Source: an uncultured Prevotella sp. (lineage in GTDB: Bacteria > Bacteroidota > Bacteroidia > Bacteroidales > Bacteroidaceae). Taken from it: DNA of 64,000 nucleotides. The stretch's first letter is position 1; each line of letters begins with the position of its first letter. Below, in pieces: positions 1-9,477 of the stretch. The position numbers and the translations under genes are program-made. The notes under the pieces were generated by a model. It made no database searches, was not told the origin of the DNA, and worked only from the letters and a program-made list of their open reading frames with translations. The stretch is taken from the NCBI GenBank assembly GCA_900322095.1, contig ONYS01000004.1, positions 4,417-68,416 on the forward strand, in the 5' to 3' direction.

Positions 1-291
1 TTCCAGCACTTCTTTCTTGGTTTTATAGACCTTGTGGGCAAGGTCGTTTTCTTTCACCCCTTCATCCTCAACTGCTGGAGCCTGCTGCTCCTCAGCGTCG
101 GTATGTGGTTTAACATCGTCGGCAGCAGCCGTTTCTGTTTGAGCTCCGTCAACCGCAGTCTTCTCCTCGGGTGTTGCGACATCCGTGGTGTTGGTTTCGG
201 TTTCCGTAGCTTTGACCTCAGAAGCATCGTTATTAGGCTTCTGCTCATCCAATGTTCCCTGATTCAGGGCGTTCTCTTGAGAGTCCATCAT
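1..291 (-). CDS. N-terminal part of a probable DUF349-domain protein (runs off the window)
   Basis: Open frame from ATG at 291: MMDSQENALNQGTLDEQKPNN...HKVYKTKKEVLE. The acidic disordered N-terminus followed by 'YKTKKEVLE' resembles Prevotella DUF349 proteins. Not in the ORF track. Confidence 0.6.
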   Translation of the reverse strand, partial: MMDSQENALNQGTLDEQKPNNDASEVKATETETNTTDVATPEEKTAVDGAQTETAAADDVKPHTDAEEQQAPAVEDEGVKENDLAHKVYKTKKEVLE

Positions 292-420
292 TTAACTTTT
301 AGTTATGATATAAGTATTCCCGATGGCAACAAAACGATTGTCGCCACCTTATTCGCTGCAAATCTAAACAAAAAAAATTGAATACCGCACGAAATTTCCG
401 ATTTTTTTTAAACTAATGAC

Positions 421-1347
421 TCATAATAGTCTTTTTGTGCGAAGAATCCACCAACTCAATCCACTAACAAAGATGGAGATGGTCAGCGCGATGGGGAAGC
501 CCCACGGATTTTGTTCCATGCCGTTAATGAGGTTCATGCCGAAGAGGGATGCGATGAGCGTGGGGAACATCATGATAATCGATACGGAAGTCAACGTACG
601 CATCACCGTGTTCATGTTGTTGTTGATGATGCTGGAGTAGGTGTCCATCGTCGACTCGAGGATGTCTGAATAGATGTTTGTCGTCTCGCGGGCCTGCGTC
701 ATCTCGATGTTGACGTCTTCGATGAGGTCGGCATCAAGTTCATCCACCTGAAGCTTGAACTTCAATTTCGAAAGCAGATTCTCATTGCCACGGATGGAAG
801 TAATAAAATAGGTCAGCGAGTCCTGCAGTCGGCTCAGTCCTATCAGGTTCTCGTTGTTCACCTCATGGTCGAGATTGTGCTTGGCCTTCTCGATGAGCGC
901 ATTGATCTGCTTGAGTCGTTTCAGATACCACACTGCGCTTGAATAGAACAGGCGGAAGATCATATCTACATAATCGGTGAATCCCACGCCACGCTTCTGC
1001 TGGTAGCTGACGAAGTCGATCATCATATTGGTCTCGAAGTAGCACACGGTGATGGTGACGTCGCGCTTATGGATAATGCCCAGCGGCACCGTAGTGTAGG
1101 GCGTGCGCGAGCGTATTTCCTTCACATAGGGAATACGGAGGATGATGAGCATCCAGCCGTCGTCGTACTCATAGCGGGCGCGCTCGTCGGTATCACTGAT
1201 GTCCGAAAGGAAATAATCGGGGATGTGATAGCGATCCATCAATTCTCTTTGATCTTCATCGCTGGGGCAAGTCACTTGAATCCAGCAGTTGGGCTGCCAC
1301 TCCTTGAGGGCAGTCAACTTTTCGTTGATGTTCCAATATGTTCTCAT
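421..1347 (-). CDS. corA: CorA family Mg2+/Co2+ transporter
   Basis: GMN signature (LFGMNL) between two C-terminal TM helices. Start placed at MRTYWN (1347). Confidence 0.92.
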   Translation of the reverse strand: MRTYWNINEKLTALKEWQPNCWIQVTCPSDEDQRELMDRYHIPDYFLSDISDTDERARYEYDDGWMLIILRIPYVKEIRSRTPYTTVPLGIIHKRDVTITVCYFETNMMIDFVSYQQKRGVGFTDYVDMIFRLFYSSAVWYLKRLKQINALIEKAKHNLDHEVNNENLIGLSRLQDSLTYFITSIRGNENLLSKLKFKLQVDELDADLIEDVNIEMTQARETTNIYSDILESTMDTYSSIINNNMNTVMRTLTSVSIIMMFPTLIASLFGMNLINGMEQNPWGFPIALTISIFVSGLSWWILRTKRLL

Positions 1348-1350
1348 TTT

Positions 1351-1404
1351 GCTAATCTCCAAAGACAAGTCAACAATGTGGGGATTAGCCTCTGAGGCTC
1401 ATCC
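1351..1404 (-). promoter_or_regulatory. Two overlapping, mutually exclusive hairpins in the corA leader
   Basis: Hairpin A 1382-1404 (GGAU-G-AGCCU/CAG/AGGCU-A-AUCC). Hairpin B 1351-1389 (GCUAAUC-C-CCA...UGG-A-GAUUAGC), ending 3 nt before the corA ATG. They share 1382-1389. Confidence 0.55.
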
Positions 1405-1446
1405 TCACGCTCTCTTCTTGTCGTTTTCCGCGTGATAGTCGTCCAT
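1405..1446 (-). CDS. Candidate 13-aa leader peptide MDDYHAENDKKRA upstream of corA
   Basis: ATG...TGA downstream of a -7 box (TACTTTTG, 1476-1483) with an A-rich pre-start region, immediately followed by alternative hairpins. Confidence 0.55.
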   Translation of the reverse strand: MDDYHAENDKKRA

Positions 1447-1873
1447 TTGTATTGTTGATATTGATTTTTGCAATGCAAAAGTAGAAAAAATAAACTATCC
1501 CTCCAAGTTTTTTTGCGTTTTTATCCACGTTTTAGAAACAGTTTTTGGATTACGGCAAGGAAGTTGAGAGCCGTACAGAACCACCCGCATGCCCATCCTC
1601 GCCGCAGAGAGGAGACAACCGCAGTCCTTCTCCTTATAATATAGTATTTGCAGAAGAGGCGGACATCGTCCTATAAGGGAAGCGCCCATCTGCTTTACCT
1701 GATTGATTACCACTAGAAAACATAGAATCTATAGTGAGATGTTTTTATAGCTATAAAACGGAAAATCTTATTTTTAATCGCGAAAACAGGACCATTATTC
1801 ACGAAAACAGCGATTAAATTTTGATTTTTAGCGATTTTGTTTTATCTTTGCAACTATAACAATTGAGTTTACT

Positions 1874-3091
1874 ATGATAGCAGAGTTTAAGGTCAGCAAC
1901 TTTTTCTCTATACGTTCGGAAGTAACGTTAAGTTTCATTGCGTCACGTGATCGCTTTATGGAAGAAGAATACATCCATAAGGCAAACGACAATATTCGCT
2001 TGCTGAAGATTGGAATGATATACGGCTCAAATGCGTCAGGAAAAAGCAATGTCCTTAAGGCGCTTGCTTATTTCCAACATTTGATGACCCATGTTCCTTC
2101 TGACAAAATTGAAAAGATGGGCTGGGTACCTTTTCTCTTGGATGATGTATCTCGCAATGGGCATTGCAGGATGAGCATGACCTTCTACCTCAATGGCAAA
2201 AGGTATATTCTCTCTGTTGAGTTTGACAACAGCCGGATATATGAAGAGCAGCTGGACGCCTATCTGACCAATCGCCCCACTTCTCTCTATCGCAGGGTCT
2301 ACAATGGCAAGACGGACTCCTCTGAGGTGAGTTTCAGCTCAAAGGCAAAACTGTCGCAGAAAAGCCAGACCATCATAGAAGGTAACACCATCAATAATAG
2401 TACAGTGTTGGCCGCATTCAGCAAGTCAAATGTTGAGCTGAGCCTACTGAACAGAGTCTATGACTTTTTCTCCCTTGGCATTGCCAATGAACTCACACCT
2501 GATAAATCGCTGTCTGACTTTACCAAAGAACAGCTTGCTCAAGATTCAGATGGAAAACTGAAGCGATTCCTGCAGTACATGCTTCGTGCGTCCGACTTTA
2601 ATATCGACAACCTGAAGGTGAACAAGGCTGATGATGGGCGTAGACTGTATTTTGAACACTCAGCCAATGGAGAAGACTTTGAGCTTCCAGAAAGTTATGA
2701 GTCGCGAGGAACGATTCGATTTCTCGGAATGGCAACCATACTGCAAGAATTGCTTTTTTCCTCTCGGTTTATCATGATTGATGAACTGGAATCAAGCATG
2801 CACTATGAGTTACTGTCATATTTTATACGCGTGTTTCTTGCTAATAGTGCAAACAACTCACAGCTGCTCTTCACCACTCATGACATCAATCTGCTCAATG
2901 AAGACTTCATCCGTCGTGATGCCGTCTGGTTCACAGACAAAGGCAATGATGCAGAAACACATCTGGAGCATCTTTCAGAAATGGGACTACATAATACTAT
3001 GTCACCATATAATGCCTACAGACAAGGAAAACTTGTAGACCTCCCTTTCCTGGGAAGCCAGTATCTTGACTTAAACGAGCTTGCAAAATGA
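1874..3091 (+). CDS. AAA_21/ABC-type ATPase (RloA/AbiLi-like)
   Basis: Walker A GSNASGKS, signature ESRGT, Walker B MIDELESSMH, H-loop TTHD. Overlaps the RloB-like gene by ATGA. Confidence 0.85.
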   Translation: MIAEFKVSNFFSIRSEVTLSFIASRDRFMEEEYIHKANDNIRLLKIGMIYGSNASGKSNVLKALAYFQHLMTHVPSDKIEKMGWVPFLLDDVSRNGHCRMSMTFYLNGKRYILSVEFDNSRIYEEQLDAYLTNRPTSLYRRVYNGKTDSSEVSFSSKAKLSQKSQTIIEGNTINNSTVLAAFSKSNVELSLLNRVYDFFSLGIANELTPDKSLSDFTKEQLAQDSDGKLKRFLQYMLRASDFNIDNLKVNKADDGRRLYFEHSANGEDFELPESYESRGTIRFLGMATILQELLFSSRFIMIDELESSMHYELLSYFIRVFLANSANNSQLLFTTHDINLLNEDFIRRDAVWFTDKGNDAETHLEHLSEMGLHNTMSPYNAYRQGKLVDLPFLGSQYLDLNELAK

Positions 3092-3681
3092 GAAAAAGTA
3101 TTGCAATTATTGGGGAGGGTGAGACCGAATGGTTCTATTTCGATTCCATGCGAGTGGCCTGTCGCTACCCGTTTCGCCTTGCACCCGATTTTCCCGCTCA
3201 CTCTGACATAGACCATCTTCTGAACCTTCTAAAGCAAAGAGAAATGAGGGCTATGACTACGTCGTCTGTCTGCTGGACATGGACAGGCTGAACAGTGTGC
3301 CTGCAGATGAAGAAGTACAAAGCTTTCAAAAACAAGAAAGAGAACAAGGATATTATGTTTGTAGAAACTAACCCGTGCACCGAATTTTGGTTTCTACTTC
3401 ATTTTCTGCCAACATTGCAGGTCTAGCATTATACATCGTATGAACAATTACTGCCTGAATTACAGAAGTATATGCCAGGCTATGAGAAAACAAAGATGTA
3501 TTTCATCCGAACCAAGCTCTATGAATTCTTGGTAAAACATGGCAACCTCGACCAAGCCATGAAAAACGGAGAAACACTTAGCACGCTTGCGTCTGCCCAT
3601 CCCGAAGATAAGATAGCATATTCACAAGTAGCAAGGGTCTTAAAGCTACTTGACCAGATAAAAGATGAGAATAGAAGATAA
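3088..3681 (+). pseudogene. RloB/AbiLii-like (TOPRIM-related) protein, disrupted
   Basis: Motifs IIGEGETE, VCLLDMD and NPCTEFWFLLHF are split by two frameshifts (~3230, ~3305), and there is an in-frame TAG at 3424-3426. Confidence 0.75.
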
Positions 3682-3900
3682 TATGGAGCCGAAATTCATT
3701 CTTGCACTAGACGGCTATATTCGTATTGGTTATGTCAGAATGCATAGAGATCTATTGCTTCCAGAAATTTGTACAAAGACCTATTTGCTCCTAAGACCGT
3801 CTGTGATCTAAGACTCCAAATTATCCGGCAGACCTCTTTGCTAACTATGCATGACTCATAGTGTTCCTTAAAGCGAGGCTATATCGCTATATTTATAATA

Positions 3901-4006
3901 GGCGGCAATTGGCAACCGTAAGGGCGGCAATTGGCGACCATAATGGGCGGCACGTGGCAGCCACAAGGGCGGCACGTGGCAACCATAAGGGCGGCACGTG
4001 CCGCCC
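3901..4006. repeat. Tandem 22-bp repeat (~5 units) with palindromic core
   Basis: Units GGCGGCA(AT/CG)TGGC(A/G)(A/G)CC..., ending in the perfect 18-bp palindrome GGGCGGCACGTGCCGCCC (3989-4006). Confidence 0.9.
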
Positions 4007-4049
4007 GACAAGAAGAGAGGGTTGTAAACCTAATAAATCATAGAAAACA

Positions 4050-4283
4050 AAGGAAATCAAGTGCGACATTCACACACTGAAGAATGTAAGTAGAGAAGGC
4101 GATGAACGTAAATACGTAGTGTTGCGACGACTGAAGCATTTGACAAAAGACGAAATTGTAGAGCGCATGCAGGACAGTTGATCGCTTACCAAATGCGACG
4201 TGAAGTCTGTACTGACGGTCCTCCGGCACCTCGCAGTGGAACTTTACTACGCCTTTAAGAGAGCGGGAAACTTTGGCTATTAA
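4050..4283 (+). pseudogene. Remnant of a Bacteroidales HU-family (histone-like) DNA-binding protein
   Basis: KEIKCDIHTLKN...LTKDEIVERMQDS*SLTKCDVKSVLTVLRHLAVE. No ATG, internal TGA at 4179-4181, truncated 3' end. Confidence 0.55.
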
Positions 4284-4370
4284 GTTGCACCGGCTGAATT
4301 TAGGAGTTTGTAAGTCTTAGAAAAGGAAAAAAGCCCTTCGTAGGGAAAGGCCGGTGGTAGGGGTATAAAG

Positions 4371-4410
4371 AAAAGCTCCCCGCGCAGCAAACGAATGCAG
4401 CGCGGGGAGT
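4371..4410 (-). terminator. Intrinsic terminator of pepD
   Basis: CTCCCCGCGC...GCGCGGGGAG stem followed by a T-run on the - strand. Confidence 0.75.
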
Positions 4411-4417
4411 CGTTGGT

Positions 4418-5872
4418 TTATTTCTCGGGAATCTCTTCAAGCGTCTTGGTCAGCAGCTGCCAGAACGGTTCTGCTGTGGCAATCTCGAAGCGCTCGTTGG
4501 TGGTGTGTGGCGAGAGCAACGTCGGACCCAACGACACAACATCCATTCCGGGATACTTGCTCAGAATCACGGAGCACTCCAGTCCGGCATGGTCGGCCTG
4601 AACGGCTGCTTCCTTGCCCGTCTGCTCCTTGTAGACCTTCTTCAACAGATTCAGAATTTCGCTGTCGGGATTGGGATCCCAGCCGCCGTAGTCGCCGCTG
4701 AACTCAACCTTCATGCCGGCCATCGAGAAACACGACTCCAGCATCTTGCAAACGTAGTCCTTCATATCCTCACGGCTCGAACGGGCCAGAATCTTCACTG
4801 CTGCCTTGCCGTCTTCGATGTCGATGATGGCGAGGTTGCTCGAAGTCTCCACCACACTGGGATAAGCAGGAATCATGCGCACCACGCCATTGTGGCAAGC
4901 ATAGATGGCATCCACGAGGTTGTCCTGAATCTCTACCGGCACGAGCATCTCAGGCTTCTCGGCCTCTACGGTGAAGAACTCAACATTGTTCTCAATGCCC
5001 TTGAACTCGTCTGCAACCAGTTCCTTGTGCTTGGCCACGAGAGCCTTCAGTCGTTCTACTTCCTTAGCGGGAAGTGCCAGCACCACCTCGGCCTTGAAAG
5101 GAATGGCATTGCGCATGTTGCCGCCATGCCAGCTGGCCAGACGGGCCCCGAGCTGTGCGATAGCCTCATGCACGAGGCGCACCATCTCCTTATTGGCATT
5201 GGCGCGGCCCTCATTGATCTCCAGACCAGAGTGGCCGCCACGGAGTCCCTTCAGCGTGACGCGTACGGCTGCCTCTTCCTCATTCTTCACACCCTGGTAT
5301 TCCATCGTTGCAGTGATGTCGATACCACCAGCCGAACCGATGACAAACTTGCCCCAGAGCTCAGAATCGAGGTTCATCAATATATCGCTGTGAAGTTCGC
5401 CAGTGGGCAACTCGTTGACGCCATACATACCCGTTTCCTCGTCGCGCGTGATGAGCGCCTCGATGGGACCGTGCTTCAGATCTTTCGTTTCCATAATACC
5501 CATGATGGCAGCCACGCCGATACCGTCGTCAGAACCGAGGGTCGTGCCCTTAGCCTTCACCCATCCGTCCTCAATGTAGGTCTCGATGGGATCATTGACG
5601 AAGTCGTGCTTGCTGTCGGGAGCCTTCTGGGGCACCATGTCCATGTGAGCCTGGAGCAACACGGTCTTGCGGTTCTCCATACCCGGCGTAGCGGGCTTGC
5701 GCATCACGATGTTGCCACCGGCATCTTTGAAGGCCTCAACGCCTACGCGCTGGGCGAAATCAAGAAGAAACTGCTGTACTTTCTCCAGATGGCCCGACGG
5801 ACGGGGAATCTGGGTCAATGCGTCAAAATTGCGCCAGATAGCTGCTGGCTTCAAATTGCTTATTTCACTCAT
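4418..5872 (-). CDS. pepD: Aminoacyl-histidine dipeptidase (peptidase M20)
   Basis: LQAHMDMV, TTLGSDDGIG, DEETGM, GGHSG and HAGLEC motifs. Confidence 0.93.
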   Translation of the reverse strand: MSEISNLKPAAIWRNFDALTQIPRPSGHLEKVQQFLLDFAQRVGVEAFKDAGGNIVMRKPATPGMENRKTVLLQAHMDMVPQKAPDSKHDFVNDPIETYIEDGWVKAKGTTLGSDDGIGVAAIMGIMETKDLKHGPIEALITRDEETGMYGVNELPTGELHSDILMNLDSELWGKFVIGSAGGIDITATMEYQGVKNEEEAAVRVTLKGLRGGHSGLEINEGRANANKEMVRLVHEAIAQLGARLASWHGGNMRNAIPFKAEVVLALPAKEVERLKALVAKHKELVADEFKGIENNVEFFTVEAEKPEMLVPVEIQDNLVDAIYACHNGVVRMIPAYPSVVETSSNLAIIDIEDGKAAVKILARSSREDMKDYVCKMLESCFSMAGMKVEFSGDYGGWDPNPDSEILNLLKKVYKEQTGKEAAVQADHAGLECSVILSKYPGMDVVSLGPTLLSPHTTNERFEIATAEPFWQLLTKTLEEIPEK

Positions 5873-5943
5873 AGTAATTTGGTTTTAGGCGAATCGGAAA
5901 ACGTTTCCAACTCGAGGTTATTATTAATTTCAATTAGTCTTTC

Positions 5944-6960
5944 TCAATGTGCCTCTGCCAGTTCGGCCTGCTTCTTGGGAGCCGTGAAGCTCAGTACGGC
6001 CCAAGCCCAGATGCCCAGCAGCACGACGAGCAGCGTCTGCACGGAATGCACGATCAGCACAAAATACAGTGCATCGGTGGAGTTCACTCCGTAGAGGATA
6101 AGCATGGTCTTCACGGCGAAATGCCAAGGACCAGCACCGTTGGGAGTGGGCACAATCACGGCAATGCTTCCTACAATGAATGTCACGATGGCGCAGTCTA
6201 CTCCTAATCCGCTCGTAGCGTCGAAACAGAAGAACGTCAAGTAATAATGCAGGAAATAGCAGGCCCAGATAGCCAATGTCCAGAACACGTAGAGCGGTGC
6301 ATTGTTGACCTGCCTCAGGCTCGACACGCCCAAGAACATATCGTGAAGCATGTCCTTTATCTTGTTGTGCACCGACAATTGCCTGACGAGATACCACACC
6401 AGCCCAATGGCCGCAATGCCACAGATGATAGTGACGATCCAACCCGTGAGGCTGAACTGCGTGAAGAACGTGTCCAGACGTGTGCCCGTGCGGGCAAAGA
6501 AGATATCGAATACGCGAATCTCCAGAATCAACGTCAGGCCTGTGATGATCATCACGAGAAGGGAGTCGATGACGCGCTCGGTCACCACAGTGCCCAAAGC
6601 CTTTGAAAACGACACGTCGTCGTAGCGCTTCAGCACGGCACAGCGCGTGAACTCGCCAATGCGCGGCACCACCAATGAGGCGGCATAGCTCAGGAAGATG
6701 GCATTCACGGCGACGCTCTTGCGCGAATGCTCGCCAACAGGCTCCAGCGCCTGGCGCCATCTCCATCCACGAATCATCTGGGCCAGAATGCCAAAAGGAA
6801 ACGAGAGCAACATCCACGTCCAGTTCATGCCGTGGAGAAGCACCCCTTCTATCTGGGAGAAGTCAAAGTCGCGATACATCCAATAGAGTATCGCACCGCC
6901 CAAAAAGAGCGAAACAAATATCTTCGAGGATGTGTTTGCAATCTTTTTTGCCGTTTCCAT
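5944..6960 (-). CDS. Lysylphosphatidylglycerol synthase TM-domain (flippase-like, UPF0104) membrane protein
   Basis: Multiple TM helices; RGWRW, PRIGEFTR, ERVID and PNGAGPWH motifs. Start placed at METAKK. Confidence 0.85.
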   Translation of the reverse strand: METAKKIANTSSKIFVSLFLGGAILYWMYRDFDFSQIEGVLLHGMNWTWMLLSFPFGILAQMIRGWRWRQALEPVGEHSRKSVAVNAIFLSYAASLVVPRIGEFTRCAVLKRYDDVSFSKALGTVVTERVIDSLLVMIITGLTLILEIRVFDIFFARTGTRLDTFFTQFSLTGWIVTIICGIAAIGLVWYLVRQLSVHNKIKDMLHDMFLGVSSLRQVNNAPLYVFWTLAIWACYFLHYYLTFFCFDATSGLGVDCAIVTFIVGSIAVIVPTPNGAGPWHFAVKTMLILYGVNSTDALYFVLIVHSVQTLLVVLLGIWAWAVLSFTAPKKQAELAEAH

Positions 6961-7046
6961 GAACGCAAAGGTAACAGAAAAACTGGGAAACGCCAAGTTT
7001 TTTCTCTTTTTTTGATTCAAATGGCGCTTTTAGTGGACAAAAACGC

Positions 7047-7841
7047 TCATCTGAGCCACATTTCGACATCATTGGTCAACGCTACGAACTCCTCAAGCGT
7101 CAGTTGCTCTGGCCTTCGGGTCATGAGTTCGGTAGCGAAAAACGAGGCGTCGGGCTGATGGTCCTTGTCAAACATCTGCCGTATGCTCCCGCGCAGCATC
7201 TTGCGGCGCTGATTGAAGACGGTCTTCACCAGCCGTTTGAAGAGCTGTTCGTTGCAGCCCAGACTGCTCACGCTGTTGCGCGTCATACGGATGACGGCGC
7301 TCTTCACCTTTGGCGGCGGATTGAATACCCCCTCGTCAACAGTGAAGAGATACTCCACGTTGTACCAAGCCTGAATCATCACACTCAGGATGCCATAGGT
7401 CTTCGAGCCTGGCTCTGCCGCCATGCGCTGGGCCACCTCGCGCTGGATCATGCCCGTGCAGCAGGGGATGAGATCTTTGTAGTCGAGCATCTTGAAGAAG
7501 ATCTGCGACGAGATGTCGTAGGGATAGTTGCCGGTGAGCACAAACTGTCGGCCGTCGAATATCCGGTTGAGGTCCATGCGCAAAAAGTCCTCGCCGATGA
7601 TATTGTCGCGCAGGGCGGGGAAATTCTCGTGCAGGTAGTCCACGCTTTCTTTGTCTATCTCAACGGCTTTCACCTCGCGCCCTTTCGTCACGAGAAATTG
7701 CGTGAGCACACCCATGCCGGGGCCAATCTCCAGGATGGGCAGGTCGGGACAGGCATCCACCGTGTCGGCTATACGCTTGGCTATGTTGAGGTCGGTCAGG
7801 AAATGCTGACCGAGATTTTTCTTTGGTCTTACTTTCTGCAT
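7047..7841 (-). CDS. rsmA: 16S rRNA m6,2A1518/1519 dimethyltransferase
   Basis: KKNLGQHFL, LEIGPGMG, GNYPY, FNPPPKV and FNQRRK motifs. Confidence 0.96.
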   Translation of the reverse strand: MQKVRPKKNLGQHFLTDLNIAKRIADTVDACPDLPILEIGPGMGVLTQFLVTKGREVKAVEIDKESVDYLHENFPALRDNIIGEDFLRMDLNRIFDGRQFVLTGNYPYDISSQIFFKMLDYKDLIPCCTGMIQREVAQRMAAEPGSKTYGILSVMIQAWYNVEYLFTVDEGVFNPPPKVKSAVIRMTRNSVSSLGCNEQLFKRLVKTVFNQRRKMLRGSIRQMFDKDHQPDASFFATELMTRRPEQLTLEEFVALTNDVEMWLR

Positions 7842-8059
7842 TGTGCGTTGTTCTTTGCTGCAAATTTAAGCAAAATAATCCATTCGGCAAAGGAAAGAAA
7901 GAGTTTTGGTGTAGTGGATATTTTCAGTTTTAGGTTAGGATTACGGTTTTCGTTGCTACAACAAGAAAGCCTGTCTTCCTACCAATACGAATAAGGTGAC
8001 GACCGTCACGAAGCATTGATAAGTCCTAATAGCCCGGATTCTTCCGATTCATGAGACAC

Positions 8060-8090
8060 AAAAAAACGGCTCCCGGAAATCCGGAAGCCG
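8060..8090 (-). terminator. Intrinsic terminator of small-peptide unit A
   Basis: CGGCTTCCGG-ATTT-CCGGGAGCCG followed by a T-run on the - strand. Confidence 0.8.
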
Positions 8091-8129
8091 CCTTCTATCT
8101 GTTAAGTTTAATTTCTACTCCACACCGTC

Positions 8130-8222
8130 TTACTTGTTCTCGGTGTTCATCTTGTTACTGATGTTTACTGCCTGTGCAATCATGATTGCAACTACGGCCA
8201 ATGACATTAATACCATAATCAT
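8130..8222 (-). CDS. Candidate 30-aa hydrophobic micro-protein MIMVLMSLAVVAIMIAQAVNISNKMNTENK
   Basis: Own -7 box (TACCTTTG 8327-8334), AGAAAGGA 5 nt before the ATG, and its own terminator. Confidence 0.55.
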   Translation of the reverse strand: MIMVLMSLAVVAIMIAQAVNISNKMNTENK

Positions 8223-8482
8223 AATAATCCTTTCTTTTAATGCGGGACTTTCAAGAAGTCATCCGCGGTTCATGTTTGTGTGTTATCCTAAATCTTTTTA
8301 CCTTAGTACATTCTTTCTTTCGAGTGCAAAGGTAGACAAAAACTATTGCGCACGCAAACAAACCACTGGATTATTGCCGTTTACCCCCACTTTTGTTGAC
8401 CTCAGTCAATCTGCTTGATGTGAGTCAAGCTACAAACCTCATCCGCCCCTATATATAATAAGGTATAAGGGAGAGGATATCA

Positions 8483-8536
8483 GATGGGGTGGATAGGGTG
8501 GATGGGGGCAGTTGGGGCAAATGATGGGGGCCGATG
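8483..8536. repeat. G-rich degenerate ~9-bp tandem repeat
   Basis: GATGGGGTG GATAGGGTG GATGGGGGC AGTTGGGGC..., directly after the rsgA stop. Confidence 0.6.
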
Positions 8537-8538
8537 AG

Positions 8539-9477
8539 TCAAAATGCTTCGCGATATTTGTTTTCGTCTTTGTCCTTGAGCATGCCCAGATAGCTCTGAT
8601 AGCGGCTCAAGGCGATATAATGATCCTCGACAGCCTTGATGACGGCACAGCCCGGCTCGTGAGTATGGGTGCAGTTGGAAAAGCGGCAATCTTTCGAGAA
8701 CTTGAATATCTCCTTGAAATAACTGCCAATCTCCTCGGGTTCCATATCAAAAGAGCCAAAGCCCTTCACGCCCGGAGTGTCGATGAGGTATCCGCCACCG
8801 GGCAATGGAAGCATCTCGCTGAACGTCGTCGTGTGCATACCCGTGTCGTGGGCCTCACTGATCTCAGCCGTGCGCAGATTGGCTCCCGGCAGCAACCGGT
8901 TGATGATAGTGGACTTCCCCACTCCACTGTTGCCGCTCAGCAGCGTCACCTTGTCGGGGAGCATCTGCTGCAACTCGCCTATTCCCTCACCCGTGACGGC
9001 TGAGACGCGCACACAACGATAGCCTACCGTCTCATAGAGGTTGACCATCATGTCGAGATAGTGCATGGCGTCCTCATCCGCTTGCAGCAGATCCAACTTG
9101 TTGAACACCAGCACCACCGGCACGCTGTAAGCCTCGGCCGAAGCCAAGAATCGGTCGATAAACGTGGTGGAAGTCTGGGGATGGGCAATGGTGACGACCA
9201 AGAAAGCCTGGTCGACATTGGCGGCAATGATATGGCTTTGCTTGGAAAGGTTTTGTGATTTCCGAATGATATAATTCCGGCGATCCTCGATGTTGGAGAT
9301 AAATGCCGTGCCTTCCTGGTTGGTCACGATCTCCACGCGGTCGCCAACAGCAACGGGGTTGGTAGAGCGGATGCCACGCAGACGGAAGTTGCCTTTTATC
9401 TTGCATTCCACAAGCGGTCCGTCGTCGGTCTTCACGCTATACCAACTGCCCGTGTTCTTTATGACGAGTCCTTTCAT
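8539..9477 (-). CDS. rsgA: Ribosome small subunit-dependent GTPase A
   Basis: Circularly permuted GTPase: [22 protein letters not shown]. Zn knuckle [14 protein letters not shown]. Confidence 0.96.
   Translation of the reverse strand: MKGLVIKNTGSWYSVKTDDGPLVECKIKGNFRLRGIRSTNPVAVGDRVEIVTNQEGTAFISNIEDRRNYIIRKSQNLSKQSHIIAANVDQAFLVVTIAHPQTSTTFIDRFLASAEAYSVPVVLVFNKLDLLQADEDAMHYLDMMVNLYETVGYRCVRVSAVTGEGIGELQQMLPDKVTLLSGNSGVGKSTIINRLLPGANLRTAEISEAHDTGMHTTTFSEMLPLPGGGYLIDTPGVKGFGSFDMEPEEIGSYFKEIFKFSKDCRFSNCTHTHEPGCAVIKAVEDHYIALSRYQSYLGMLKDKDENKYREAF

Noticed and set aside
3424-3426. In-frame TAG in the RloB-like gene as recoding or readthrough
   Set aside because: The gene also has two frameshifts, and TAG is used as a normal stop elsewhere in the window.
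4505-6094. Long antisense ORFs (e.g. 529 aa opposite pepD; also opposite lysS, pgi, the activase and the GH genes)
   Set aside because: Shadow frames produced by the codon bias of the real genes. They contain no recognisable motifs.
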